From Somniosus microcephalus (taxonomy: Eukaryota): a DNA stretch of 64,000 nucleotides. Position numbers and translations under genes: made by a program. Each line of letters starts with the position of its first letter. Positions within the stretch are counted from its first letter, which is position 1. The notes beneath the pieces are model-generated. The model was not told the DNA's origin. It made no database searches and saw only the letters and a program-made list of their open reading frames with translations. Positions 1 through 11,700 of this stretch are shown here, piece after piece. The stretch covers positions 302,312,001-302,376,000 of the forward strand of contig CM126204.1 of NCBI GenBank assembly GCA_052327205.1, read 5' to 3'.

Positions 1-419
1 AACATGAATGTGTTTCCTAATCCCTTTTGCATCTGCTATCTTTGAAAAAAGACATTAGCCTAGTATTTCTGATCAGTGTTATTTTAATGTCGACAGTAAT
101 GCATTACTACCAGTGTTAAAATATGCTGATCAGAAAAGCTAGACTATTCTATTCAGAAATTATTTCTAGACCTACCTTTCCACATTCACAATTGGCATTC
201 CTATAGTACACAAAACATTGATTGCCGTGAAGGACTGCAGGACTAAAGTTACTGCCATGAGAGTTACAGAAGTAAGCAGAAATGTGCTTTGAGTTATTCG
301 GGACAGTCAAAATCAAGAAAACAAGGCGCCGTCTGCCCAACTATTGACACAATCCTTTATATAATCTATACTAAACGTAGAATTTACCCTGGAATAATAT
401 GTTAGAGGTTGTCACAAAC

Positions 420-660
420 TGTAGATCTAGGGGACACGGGCTCAGGATTAAAAGGTGCACCGACAGTTTAGGTTTAACTTATTTATGCAGAGCGTGTGAA
501 ACAAGCTGCCTGTGGAGATAGATAGTATGTAGAAAAAAAATGAAGGAAGAATTGGATAAACATTTGAGGGAGGGAGTGAGTGAGGTGTATTAGTTTTTGG
601 GACAAGCTAGATAGACTACAGAGTCTTTTCCAGTCCTGTACTTTCTTGTGTTCCTTTGTG
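420..660 (+). mobile_element. Old, degraded CR1/L3 LINE 3' end relic
   Basis: Resembles the CR1 ORF2 C-terminus/3'UTR (agatctaggggacac..., gaattggataaacatttg..., cctgtactttcttgtgttc) and loosely matches 25235-25430 in this window. Confidence 0.45.
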
Positions 661-2615
661 TGTGATTGTAAATCATTTCTCAATTAAAACTGCAATAATA
701 CCATTGCATTATTTATAAGAAAATACTATGCTAATTCCATGGCAATATATCTCTCTTTAAGATTTGAGATATAAATAGCATTCCGATAATTCCAGTAATT
801 CAAAACAAAAAAAAAGAAAACTGAAATATTTGCAGGAATAAACTTTTTAAACTTTAAAATGTTTGAACTACCCAACTTCAAAATAATTATTTACAGTAGA
901 GCACAAACTTACATGATATAATTGCGATAATGAGCATTTGATTTTTTTAAAAACCCACAAATGCAAATTGCTGAAATCCCTAAAGGTCCTTCGTATGTAT
1001 GTAAGCCATCAGCAGCCACAGGTTTATCTGGTGGTAACAAAGCCTTGAATATCACAAGGGCAATTTCCACCACTTTTGAACGGCAGCAGTTTTACATTTC
1101 CCTTTCTTTCCATGCCATGATGAATAACAATAATTTTCAGCTATTTAGGGTGAGTGTGGTAGAAACCACAATCTTTGTTGTGGTCAGTGCAGTACACAGC
1201 AGGGCTGAACGTTTCACTTGGTTAGAGCCTTGGCTTCACTGCTGGGAGACCCCAGCCATTTGGATTGGTGCATATTTTGACATCGGCTCTAATTCGCTTC
1301 TGCTGCCTGTTATAGATCCAGCCAGTGAATGGATGTTATAGTTTGGTTTTGGAAGCTGTTAATATTTTCGACAGAAAACCTGGCATTAATTCTTTAAACT
1401 TCAGTAATAGTATTTTTTTACCAGTTATAGCAATGCAACCTTCTTTGTTGCATTTCGCAGCCTTTTCAAAAGTCTAGCTTCCCTTTCTAATTTCACATTG
1501 TATACTATGTTTTTCAAAACTGTCTTTAAGTGAATACAGTTTTGAAATCTTGTAATCTAATGTATCAACATGTTTGACTAAATTTATTATGGATACATTG
1601 GTCCTTTCGAGAAGGAATGAGATACATGAAAAGGGACATGTTTTATAGTTTAGATTTTTCTTGTAGTTTTTAAAGTTCAACCAGTTTATTCCAACAGAAA
1701 GATACTTTTTTTTGCTTAATGAACTCATTTAATTTATTTTTGTTTCCTCTTTTTTTCTGAGTCTGTGTGCGGGTTTGGGGGGGGGAGGGGGGAGTGCAAA
1801 GGTGTTAATTGAACAAATAGTGCAGATGCTTCTTTCAGTATAAATTCCTTGGCGTTGAACTCTGTCCTGAAAGGTAGCTTGTGCCAAACTCTCCTATATC
1901 CAACATGTTGAAACTTTATTCACCTGACACGCCTTCTGCTGCTTCAGGCTGACCCACTTTCTGAAGATTATGTCTGGTTAGTCTGTACACCCACACAAGG
2001 CAGTTAATTTGGAAATCCTCTTGATGGATTTTTTAAGAACTGCTGGAGTGAACAAAAGAGAGCAAGAAAGAGAGCAAAGTGAGAAATTGGGTTGCAGACT
2101 ATTTTAGCGACGGTATCTCTTTTATTTGGCCAACGGCAATTATTATTCAAAACTGAAGATCAAACCACCCTCGTCCTTTAAAAATACTAAACAAAGATTC
2201 TTTAACAAAATCTCCTTTTTAATGTTTTTTTCAAGTATATTTTTACGGGCCAGTAAAATACAATCTTTGCAGTTTTGGCATTATCTGCTTTGACTTTTAT
2301 TAGAAGCCTTGAGAACTCTGTGTAAAGTGTGTCTACGTGATGGCTGACTGGTATTAAATGTATCTCTTGTAAGACTACAAAATGGATACTGTTTCTTTTT
2401 ATAGAGACAAAATCTCTTTTGTTGGGTTGCATACATAGTAATCAAAAACTTTATTTCCATTCTCTGGCCTTTCATGGACCTCGAGCACTTTTTTTAAAAA
2501 AGCCTTGATTTTCTTAATTTAAAAAAAAGCAAGATCAAAATCTTGGGTAGTGATTGAACCCCCTTCCTCAGAGATGAGAGGAGACATTTTAAAGAGGGAA
2601 TATCCCCATTACTGT

Positions 2616-2673
2616 TCTTCTTAAAGACTACGTTGTTAAAACTATCTTCTTAAAGACTACGTTGTTAAAACTA
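2616..2673. repeat. Perfect 29-bp tandem duplication
   Basis: tcttcttaaagactacgttgttaaaacta occurs twice, at 2616-2644 and 2645-2673. Confidence 0.9.
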
Positions 2674-4430
2674 ATTATTATTACTGTAATGTTTAACATC
2701 CTTTTTTGATTATTTGTTTCCTTTTATTTAGTTCTGTTAATTTTTTTAAAAGTTTGAGTAAGCAATAGGTGCTCGATGACCTTGTCGAGGAACTGGTTGC
2801 GACGTCAGTGCAAGGGAGCTAAATTAATCTACACAGTTAAAATGATATGATGAGTGAGGTACCCTGGGTTAATGGCTAATGTTCTCGATTGGTAACTCCT
2901 CATAACCAATTCCCTCGATGATTTCACCAGGAATCATAATCTTTTAGAAAAATACAACAGTAATAAATAAAAAAAAGTTTAAAATTACAAATTTTCTTGT
3001 GATTTCCATTTATAGATGATGTGTAAGTCAGCCAGTTAAATATCTCATTTTGCGTTGTGAACGAATGTGGATTTTACCAAATTTATACAGAACCGTATCA
3101 TACTATATGTTGGTACTCTGTTATGATGCAGGATTTGACTGTAACCACTGCAAATGCATAAATATGATAGTGCCCATTCAAATACTTAAAACCAAAAATG
3201 TGGATAACTATTTGCTGGTTAAAGACCATAAAAGCAGTGCTAAGTGCTGAAGGTTTCCTTTTCTCTATTATAAAGCCATTATTTAAAACAAAATTAATGT
3301 AATTGGGAACGCATTCTTGTTTTCTTTTTTTTTAAATTAGTTAGTTGCAGTGACATGTTCATACATTGGCAAATCCTGACTGTACTCTTTTGTGTGACCG
3401 ACTACATAGCCAACATTTAAAAAAAACTCCCTCAATCATTTCTTGGCAAACTGGAGCTCTAGGTAGTCAAGCTGTAAATGCTGGTGGGAACAATATGGTT
3501 TAAAGCTTTTGGGTTTGCTAAATGTTGACACTCCTAGAGAAAAAAATGCAGCAATGATTGGCATTCAAAATCAGTCAGTGAAACATGTACCCTGCAATTA
3601 AATAGAATGATGTGAAAGACAATTTCTGTATCAGTCGAGCAAACGGACCTCATTTTTACTAACTCACTGGGTTCAGCAAAGTAGTTCAAGGGTTCATCTA
3701 GCAACTTTTGAGTTTCATTCCTCATATCAGTAGAGCTCTTGCTAGCACCAGGTGAAATATTAAACGGGGATTTATTTTCACTTGTGCTTCAGCGTCCACT
3801 CTCTTCCCCTCTTTGTCTGTCTTTCTATTTGTCCATCATTCCAATTACGCCCTATTTGCTGTGATCCTCGACTATGGTTCTTTCTCCAGTTGTTGGCATG
3901 TAGTATTTAGGGCACTGGAATTTTCCGTGGTCGCTATAAATGCTCCTTCACAATTAATGGATGGGAAATAACTTCTGCTTTCCCCCACCCTACATCGCTA
4001 GCCCCCCCCCACCCCCCATTACACAGGAAGCCCCTATCTGTTAGTTGCTCCATCTTGTGGTCTAACCAGGAATCGGCAATAAAAATGCTTCAATGAAGAT
4101 TACGGAAAGATTTTAATACAGGTACAAGTTTTCTTCCCCTTCTCAATATCAGTAACGTATCCTTGTTACATCATTCACCATTTGTTTAATAACAAAAATG
4201 CACCATTTCCAAGACTCTGACAAATACAAAAATCAGGGCATTTTTTCATGAATGCTTTCAAACATTTAGACCATATTAGCTGTTTTAAAAGGAATTAATT
4301 AATTAACAACCCACCCCATTAGCTGGATAGTGCAAAGAAGCTTTACTGGCTGTTTTGAGGTCTCTGGGTTTAGTAAGGATTAAGCAATGGAAAATCTCTT
4401 CAGTGAGAAAAAAATAGGAAATCTCCAGAC

Positions 4431-4494
4431 TGGGGCGGGGTGGGGGGGGGGTGGGCAGTGGGGGCTGGTGGCTGTGGTGGGGGTTTGGGGGGGT
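4431..4494 (+). other. G-tract cluster (potential G-quadruplex)
   Basis: More than 4 runs of 3 or more G within 65 bp. Confidence 0.5.
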
Positions 4495-6723
4495 AGAAGA
4501 CACAACTAAAGTTTGCTATGTCCATCCATTGAATCTGTCATGTTCTTTCAGGGGTGTATTGGTGTACTGAGGCGGAGCTGTTGCCATGGAGAGCAGTGTT
4601 TGAATCTGACCCCCAGGGATTGGGGACGGAGATCACTCTCTCACTGATGTCTGATAAGGGTCACCACTTCAAAATAAGTCAATCTGGCCCCAGTGGGAGT
4701 ACTGTAAAAAGTACCCTTGGTGCAATGTGAAAAGAGAAAAATCTCAAAAAAGTACTCTTGCTTCCTTTTGTGGGTGACATCGAGGAAGTGAAAATTCAAT
4801 AAGGAGTGAGAAAACAACGGGCGTTACTTTTTAAACTCAACATTTAAAATTTTCTTCAAAAACAAGGATATAAAACCATTGTATCTGAGTAAACTGTTTC
4901 TTGAACAAGTAACTTGCTCATAGGACCTAAAATGTTTTCTAACCACACAGACAGCCTTCTCCAAAAAATAATGAAGGTTAGGTTTTGTCTTAGCTGAGCA
5001 CCAGCTCTCCGGGACATACACAATTCACAGATTTGTTTATGGCCAACTTTATGCAAATGATAAAAAGAATTAGTCCAGTGACAAACCACAAGAGCTTTAT
5101 TGAACAGCTGTATGATTGCGCCTGTTTTTTCGCTGTCCCTCAACACCAGGAGTGCTTCCAGTGTTCAGCTGCTAAATGTTACTGTCGCGGATTATTCTTG
5201 CATAGCAAAAACCTATAGAGTATAGTCATTGGGAGTGCTCTTTGTAGTCAGAAAGATGTGGGTAGGATGAAAGTAATACTTTTTGTTAGCCATTGTCTTC
5301 TGTGGTTAAATCTAGGCTTTTGAAGTATGCAGACCTGCTCCCGTGGCTTTCGGTGTTTCATAGTGGTTAGCTTTAGAGTAGGCCATTAAAATAATTGTTT
5401 GACATTTTCACAAATGGCAGTAAAATACAGAAGTATATTGTTTTTTTCTATTTTGCTTTTTTTTTGGTTCCAAATACAATGCGGGACTTAAGCTGCATGT
5501 GCTTGATCTCAGAACTAACACTCTTGCTCGTTTGCCACACGGAATTTGGAAACCTTGTAAACTCCTTCTTCGTTCTATTAAGGATGCAGATGTAAATCAG
5601 ACATGTGAAGTTAGGAAGTACCATATATTGTAAATGCTAAAGACAATTGCTGTCCTTGCTAATGTTCATCATGTCCACAATTCCAGTAGCGACCAGTAGA
5701 GCAAATATAGGAGCTCGCTATAAAAGTTTCAGTGCTGTAGTCAAGCTGATTGCAAGCTCCAGTGGCAGCGTTATCTGGAATATAAAAAGGGCGAAAACAA
5801 TGAGTTGTAGAATATTTGTCAGTGTGTCCAGTATCATGGCTAGAATTTGGCACTGGTTTGTTAATTTGACATATTGTATCATTTTTGCTAAACGTGTTAC
5901 TGACCAAACCAAATAACAGCGATACTCTGTTGATTCTACATTTAATATTGCTACCTACTCAAAGAACTTGTAAGCTGAAAGAAAAAAATCTTTGAATTGA
6001 GACAGTTGCTTAGTGTTATTAGAAGAAGAGTTGTGTTGCTATTTTTTCACCGCCTTCAAGCGAGATGTTTAAAAAAAAAGTTTTATGAAACTGATTTTCA
6101 TTATTTTTCTGTACCCAGAGTAGCCCTTCATCCCCACCTCTTTTAGAATGTTAATACATTCTCTTAATCTCTGTTGTAAAGGATGTAAGTTTGAACGAGC
6201 TGTAATTAGTGCCGCAAAATGCATCCTTGGAAACGGATGTCTCTGAACTTTTCTGGGTAATGTGTAAACAGATTGACATCACTGATTACTGACAATTTAA
6301 TGGTGTCTCTTTAATTCAGAAAAGTTGCTGTTTGCTTTTACAGTTAATATAACACAGCTTTACAGTGTTGACATTTTGCATTTTCTTCCTAAATACTTTA
6401 TCACACTATTGCAAGTTGGGCCCACAGAGCGATTTGGTTTGAAGGATTTAGGGTACTTGTAATTTAACACTATTAAAATGGATGAACAGATTGTTCCAGA
6501 ATGTGTCCAGTGTGGCTGCTGTCATAGTACACGACAATGATGGCTCTTGTATTTTGAGTGAATGCTCCAAAAACTTTAATTTTTAAAAATGTAACTACAA
6601 AATATGTCTCAGAAGGGAGACAAAATATTGAACAACTAGACTTGGTTTCAATAAAAGTACATCCCTCATAAAGGGTATTATTGCTTATAGAAAAACAAAT
6701 GGGGATTTGCATTCCCTTACTAT

Positions 6724-7473
6724 GGGGGGAAGTTTAACCTAAAAAACAGGTGGGTTGGGGTCATGTGGGAAGTTAAAGTGTTAATAATCTAAATCTCGAC
6801 TAGAATCCGCCCACTTCGGGTTTTAACAGAGGTGGGACGGGAGGGCGGGGAGCCAACCCGCTCCCAGGAGGTGGGTCGTCTATTTAAATATTATAATGAG
6901 GCATTTTTACCTCCATTTTGAATTTAACTTTAGCTGGTCGGGTTTTGCAGGCCTCATGAAATCTGCCAGCTAATGCAAGGCGAGGATTGCTATGTGCAGG
7001 AGGTAAGTGCCTTTACACGTACCTCCTGGATTCAGCATCCCCGCCTAACCCACTCCCCCGTGATCGGAGATCTCCCATGAGTCCTCCAATTTCTTCCCAC
7101 CCCAGGCTTCCGATTCCCCTCATCAACCCTGGCCCCATATCTTCACTCGACCCCCCAGGTGCTGGTCCCGGCCCCCGACCCCACCGCTGTGCTGCTCCCA
7201 TCTCCCAGATTGGTTCCCACCGCCCCCCCGCTCCTCTGGCTGCCTCCCACGAGATCCCCCCTCTCTGCGGCCTAGTGCCGCAGGCCTACCCGCCAGCAGC
7301 CAGCCAGCCAGCCTCTTGATCTGACTGGCAGGGGGTGGGAAACAGAGGTTTCCCATGCAAATCAGCATCTGGTTCGGCAGGGCCTGCGGGAAACCCGTTC
7401 TCCCAGGTTTCCCAACTGCCTTGGAGCCCCCCCATCCCCGCTCCCAACCCGCCTCCCCATTAAAATTCAGCCC
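6724..7473. mobile_element. Non-autonomous DNA transposon (PIF/Harbinger-type MITE)
   Basis: Imperfect TIRs ggggggaagtttaa / ttaaaattcagccc, a 3-bp direct repeat TAT on both sides (6721-6723, 7474-7476), GC-rich non-coding interior. Confidence 0.7.
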
Positions 7474-7861
7474 TATGGTTTACTAGGAGGCTTGCTTATT
7501 TATTTATTTTAAAAGCTTAAAAATCATTATTGCCATCTCGTTTGAATTGGATCCTCACTGATTTTATTCTTGAGTCATAATTTACTATAATCTAGGTAAA
7601 CCTCTAGCTTTGTAAATACTGGGCCGCCTTTTTCAGCCATCAAGGACTGGAGATGAAATTCCTCACCAAATTTAATAAATTAGCTGTTCCACAGAAAACA
7701 ATGGAAATTTTTGCCTGTTTGATAAATTCTTTCCTCACTTATTCCAAATAAAAGTTAACTTTTTATTTAACTGTTTACTACACACACAAAAATACCACGG
7801 CCCAGTTAGCATAATGACCCACCCATTAGGAGGCAGTTCCCTTTCATACCTTCCCAAATAA

Positions 7862-8712
7862 TCTATATATATAAATGAATCGATCTGTCTGTCTGTCTGT
7901 CCTTCTGTCCTCGGGTGTGCGTCTGTCCAGCTATGCGCTCGAAAGTTATAGAGCGTACCTACGCGCGCGTTACCTCCAAAGAAAGCTTACGGTTCCGGAA
8001 CGGTCGTAAGCGTATTTACTTTTCGGTCGGACGAAAATTGTTGGCGCCTTATGCAAAATACCTTCAAAATTAAACTCATTATCTGCTACTTAGCATTGAT
8101 TGACTGACGTCAAGGTTCGACCAATCCTGTGCCGTCACGATTGACCAGTCCTACAGTACAGTCCCCTGATGGTTGGCCAATCGGTGTGTGTGTGTGGGCG
8201 GGACTAATCGTTTTCATCTCAGGGATGTGGCAGCCATTGCCTCAAGCTAAAAACACCATTTACTTCCAGCTCAAAATCTGCTGATGCAGCTTCGAAAAAG
8301 TTAGTATCTCTTATGTTATTTTTAAAAGATTTACCAAAAACGTTTTATAAGTACTTTCACTTTCATCTTTGAAGGTATTAAAAGGTAGAAATGTTGCCCG
8401 GCAGCAGATTCACAAAGGGACAGACAGACAGGGCCTGAAAGCCTGGTACTCAATTTAAAATGTTGCCCAGCAGCAGATTGAGAGAGGGACACAGAGACAG
8501 GGTCCAAAAGCCTGGGACTCGATTTAAACCGCCCAGCCCGGCAGCAGATTCACAGAGGGACAGACAGACAGGGCCCGAAAGCCTGGGACTCCATTTAAAA
8601 TGTTGCCTGGCACCAGATTCACAGAGGGACACAGAGAGGCCCCAAAGCCTGGCACTCGATTTAAACCGCCCGGCCCAAAACAGCCCTGGCAAAGCCGGGC
8701 TCCCCCAGCTAG
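7862..8712 (+). mobile_element. Non-autonomous Helitron
   Basis: Inserted between A and T with no TSD. 5' end is TCTATATATATAAA followed by a (TCTG)n tract. Subterminal hairpin gccctggcaaagccgggc (8683-8700) lies 12 nt before the end of the terminal CTAG (8709-8712; alternative CTAG at 8715-8718). Confidence 0.85.
8389..8676 (+). repeat. Four ~69-71 bp tandem units arranged as a 140-bp A-B dimer inside the Helitron
   Basis: gca(g/c)cagatt anchors at 8401, 8470, 8541 and 8610. Units 1 and 3 end in tttaaaatgttgcc; units 2 and 4 end in tttaaaccgccc. Confidence 0.9.
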
Positions 8713-11700
8713 TACTAGTATATTATCTCCTTTCTTGCTCCCTTTTTAAACCGTGTAGTGTAATCTCAGCCTAAATCAGGGCTAGACTAAACTTAAAAAA
8801 AAAGCAATGTTTTCTTTAACATAAAGTGAGTGGATGCAAGTTGGGTGACATTGTCCATTTTGTATTCCAAGAGCTCACTTGTTCTTGTTTAATAGAAAGA
8901 AATTCACTGTAACAATTGGTTTAGTAATCCAGTAATACTGCTAAAATTAATATCTGTTTATTTCATAAATAATAAATTCATTAAGTCCAGGCAAGAAAAA
9001 ATATGCTTCAAAGGGGGTTCTGTACTTCTATATGGAAATATCTTTAAAGAAAGAAAACATCTTTGTTATGTCAACAACTATGTACTCTGAATCCCATTAT
9101 AAAAATACCACTGTCCTTTTAAAATTGTTGTGGTGTCGAAAGAAATACGTAAATTAGATAATTGAAGCTGTAATTAATTTGCCCTTTTCCAATTACAATT
9201 GAAGGAGCCATTGTATTAGAATTGTGTTAGAATTTGACATGCACCTCCAAGAGGTACTGGGACCTAAGCAGGAGCACCGTCAGACAGGGCAGATCACTTC
9301 CTCTGGAATGTCCATTAGTTTCAGCAGTTCAACTTCAACAGTTCCTTGAATTAGTGGTTTTAGCAACTGGGTTATTTGCTGTTATTCTGTCCATTTCCAT
9401 TCTCAGTGAAATTAATGTGTTTTTGTTCAGAATCTGCCTTTTTAAAGTTTAATTTTGCTGGGGATTAAATGTTGCAAAGTGAACATTTAATTATTTTAAT
9501 GATCCATAAACCCTCTGTTCCCTTCACCTGCAGCACATGAACCTTATTTCTTAAACAGCATGGTGCTTAGCTCTGTATCAGTATTTAAAATATAGAACAT
9601 TACAGAAAATAATAAAAGTACAGGTCGCAGAGCTGCCACGCTTCGAGGATTTTCATGCAGGAGATTAATGAAGGAGGGGAAATGGAGATGTAGTCATTGG
9701 TTCCTATTAGATCATCTAAGAAAAAATGTGGGAGACTCCTATTAGAAATAAGAGACTTGGCAGTGCTGAAACCATATACATATTTAAAATAAGTCTGTCA
9801 TATTTTAAAAATATGAATCAAAAATGTCTGTGCCCTCCAAAGGTGAAACGGTGCTCACTAGCTTCAGAAGGAAATTGAGTGGGGAGCTGTGTTATATATA
9901 ACCATATATATATACACAGCAGATTAGCTGGTTACTTGAGAAAAGGCCCCGAGTGGATATGAGTCAACATTATAAACACAGCAGTGTGGTTTGACCACCT
10001 AGTGATTGCTAAGAATACAGTTGGCCAGGGTAACCACTTGGATTTTCCTGACCAACTAACTTTCATTTTTGTTAACGCCTCCGTAAACTTCAGTGTTGCC
10101 AATGGTGATTTGAAACAAATGCTTGAGTCTGTACATTTTACTATTGTTGAACCCCATATACCATGTTGTTCTGTATCTGAGATGAAATGAATAGATGTTT
10201 TCTCTCTTGTCATTACTGGTTTATTCTTTCACTGTTCTCTCAATCTTAAGTTACAGAGGGCAATATTCCTGAGAATGGCTAATCACCCTATTTCCCCTTC
10301 CCCCAACACATTTAAACGGAAAAAAAACAATGACTAAAAACCAGTACCATAAATGCTGTTCAAAAAAATTCTGATTGATATTACACAGCAGATCTGAAAG
10401 GAACTGTTGGCTGCTATAACATCTATAATTCATCTCAATTTAACATTATTAGAAAAATGTGGTGTGTGCTGCAAAATTGCCACCAAACCTATTACTTTAG
10501 GCGTTGTTGGCAGTTTTAAGGCAAGGGGGAGAAAAATTCTTGAAGAGATGATGCACATGTCCTGGCTATGCAGTTGTGAGCAATAACTGATTAAATGCTG
10601 TCATTTCCATTTCTATGCCTCATGGCAGCTTAAAATTTGTCAATTTGTCAAATATTTAGCACAAATTAACCTTTCAGCAAGATTTAAACTTTCTCTGCAT
10701 TTGCAAGTTAGTTAATGTGTGACCCAATGAAATGGCACTTTATCTCCACAATGTTGATATAGAAAAATATCTTCTTTAATAAATTATATTGATACCGAGT
10801 ACAACGCAACTGGGGAAAGCGCCATAAATGAATAGAAGCTTACGCTCAAGTGTCACAAATTTTAGTTGAATCGAAACAGCACTTTACCATGATTTAGATT
10901 AAAAATTGATCACAATGTCATTCAACTAATGTTGAACATAAGATGGTGATTGTTTCCCTGGTAAAATTACAGCCTTGAAGCCTGCACATACTGTACCAAT
11001 GTTGGATGCAGCACACAGCCGGTTTCTGTCCCTTGCCTTTGCCAGGTGAGGAGTCAATAAGAATTCACCAATCAGGTGAAGGCTAGTGTTTGATCAGACT
11101 TGTGGAACCATTTGTAAAGGTAACCAACAGACAGGCTATTATTTAGCACTGCAATGACTCAGTTTATATTGAAATATCAACAAATGTTTCTAAACTTCAG
11201 CCTGCTGGAGAAATTCCGATTGCTTGGGCCCAAAGAGGAAAAGTGCTGACCGTCTACTAAAGTATATTTTTTGGGACTTGTTGGGAATGATGCCCCATTT
11301 AGCAGGTTGTTTTCATTAACCCCCAGTGTGCTGCATAAAGATTTGTACTGTGTATTGAAATAAATGGCCAGCCAGTTAAAGGTTAAGTGAACCCATGTGT
11401 ACAGTACTGATTTAAATACAGTTGGAATTACTTGGCACCAGAAAGAATGTTCCCATTGATTGGCATCGATTGAATGACTTCAAATCTACCCACAAGACGA
11501 CCCTCTGGAACAGCTTTGGATTGTTTCTATGGTAACTGCTCTTGTCCAAGCATTAACATTATGTTTGGGTCAGGAAGGGGATATAGAAAATAGAGACCAG
11601 TTGAGGGGGGACTTTTTTTTGATTATTCTATCATGCAGAAAGTAATCCTTTTTCTCGCATCTGATATTTTAAAAGAAAAGGTTGGAGAGGAGACGTTAAA

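Noticed and set aside
961-1341. 126-aa ORF
   Set aside because: No recognisable homology or coding signature; likely a chance ORF.
8389-8676. CRISPR-like periodic repeat
   Set aside because: Units are contiguous tandem copies without unique spacers, there are no cas genes, and the array lies inside a Helitron in eukaryotic DNA.
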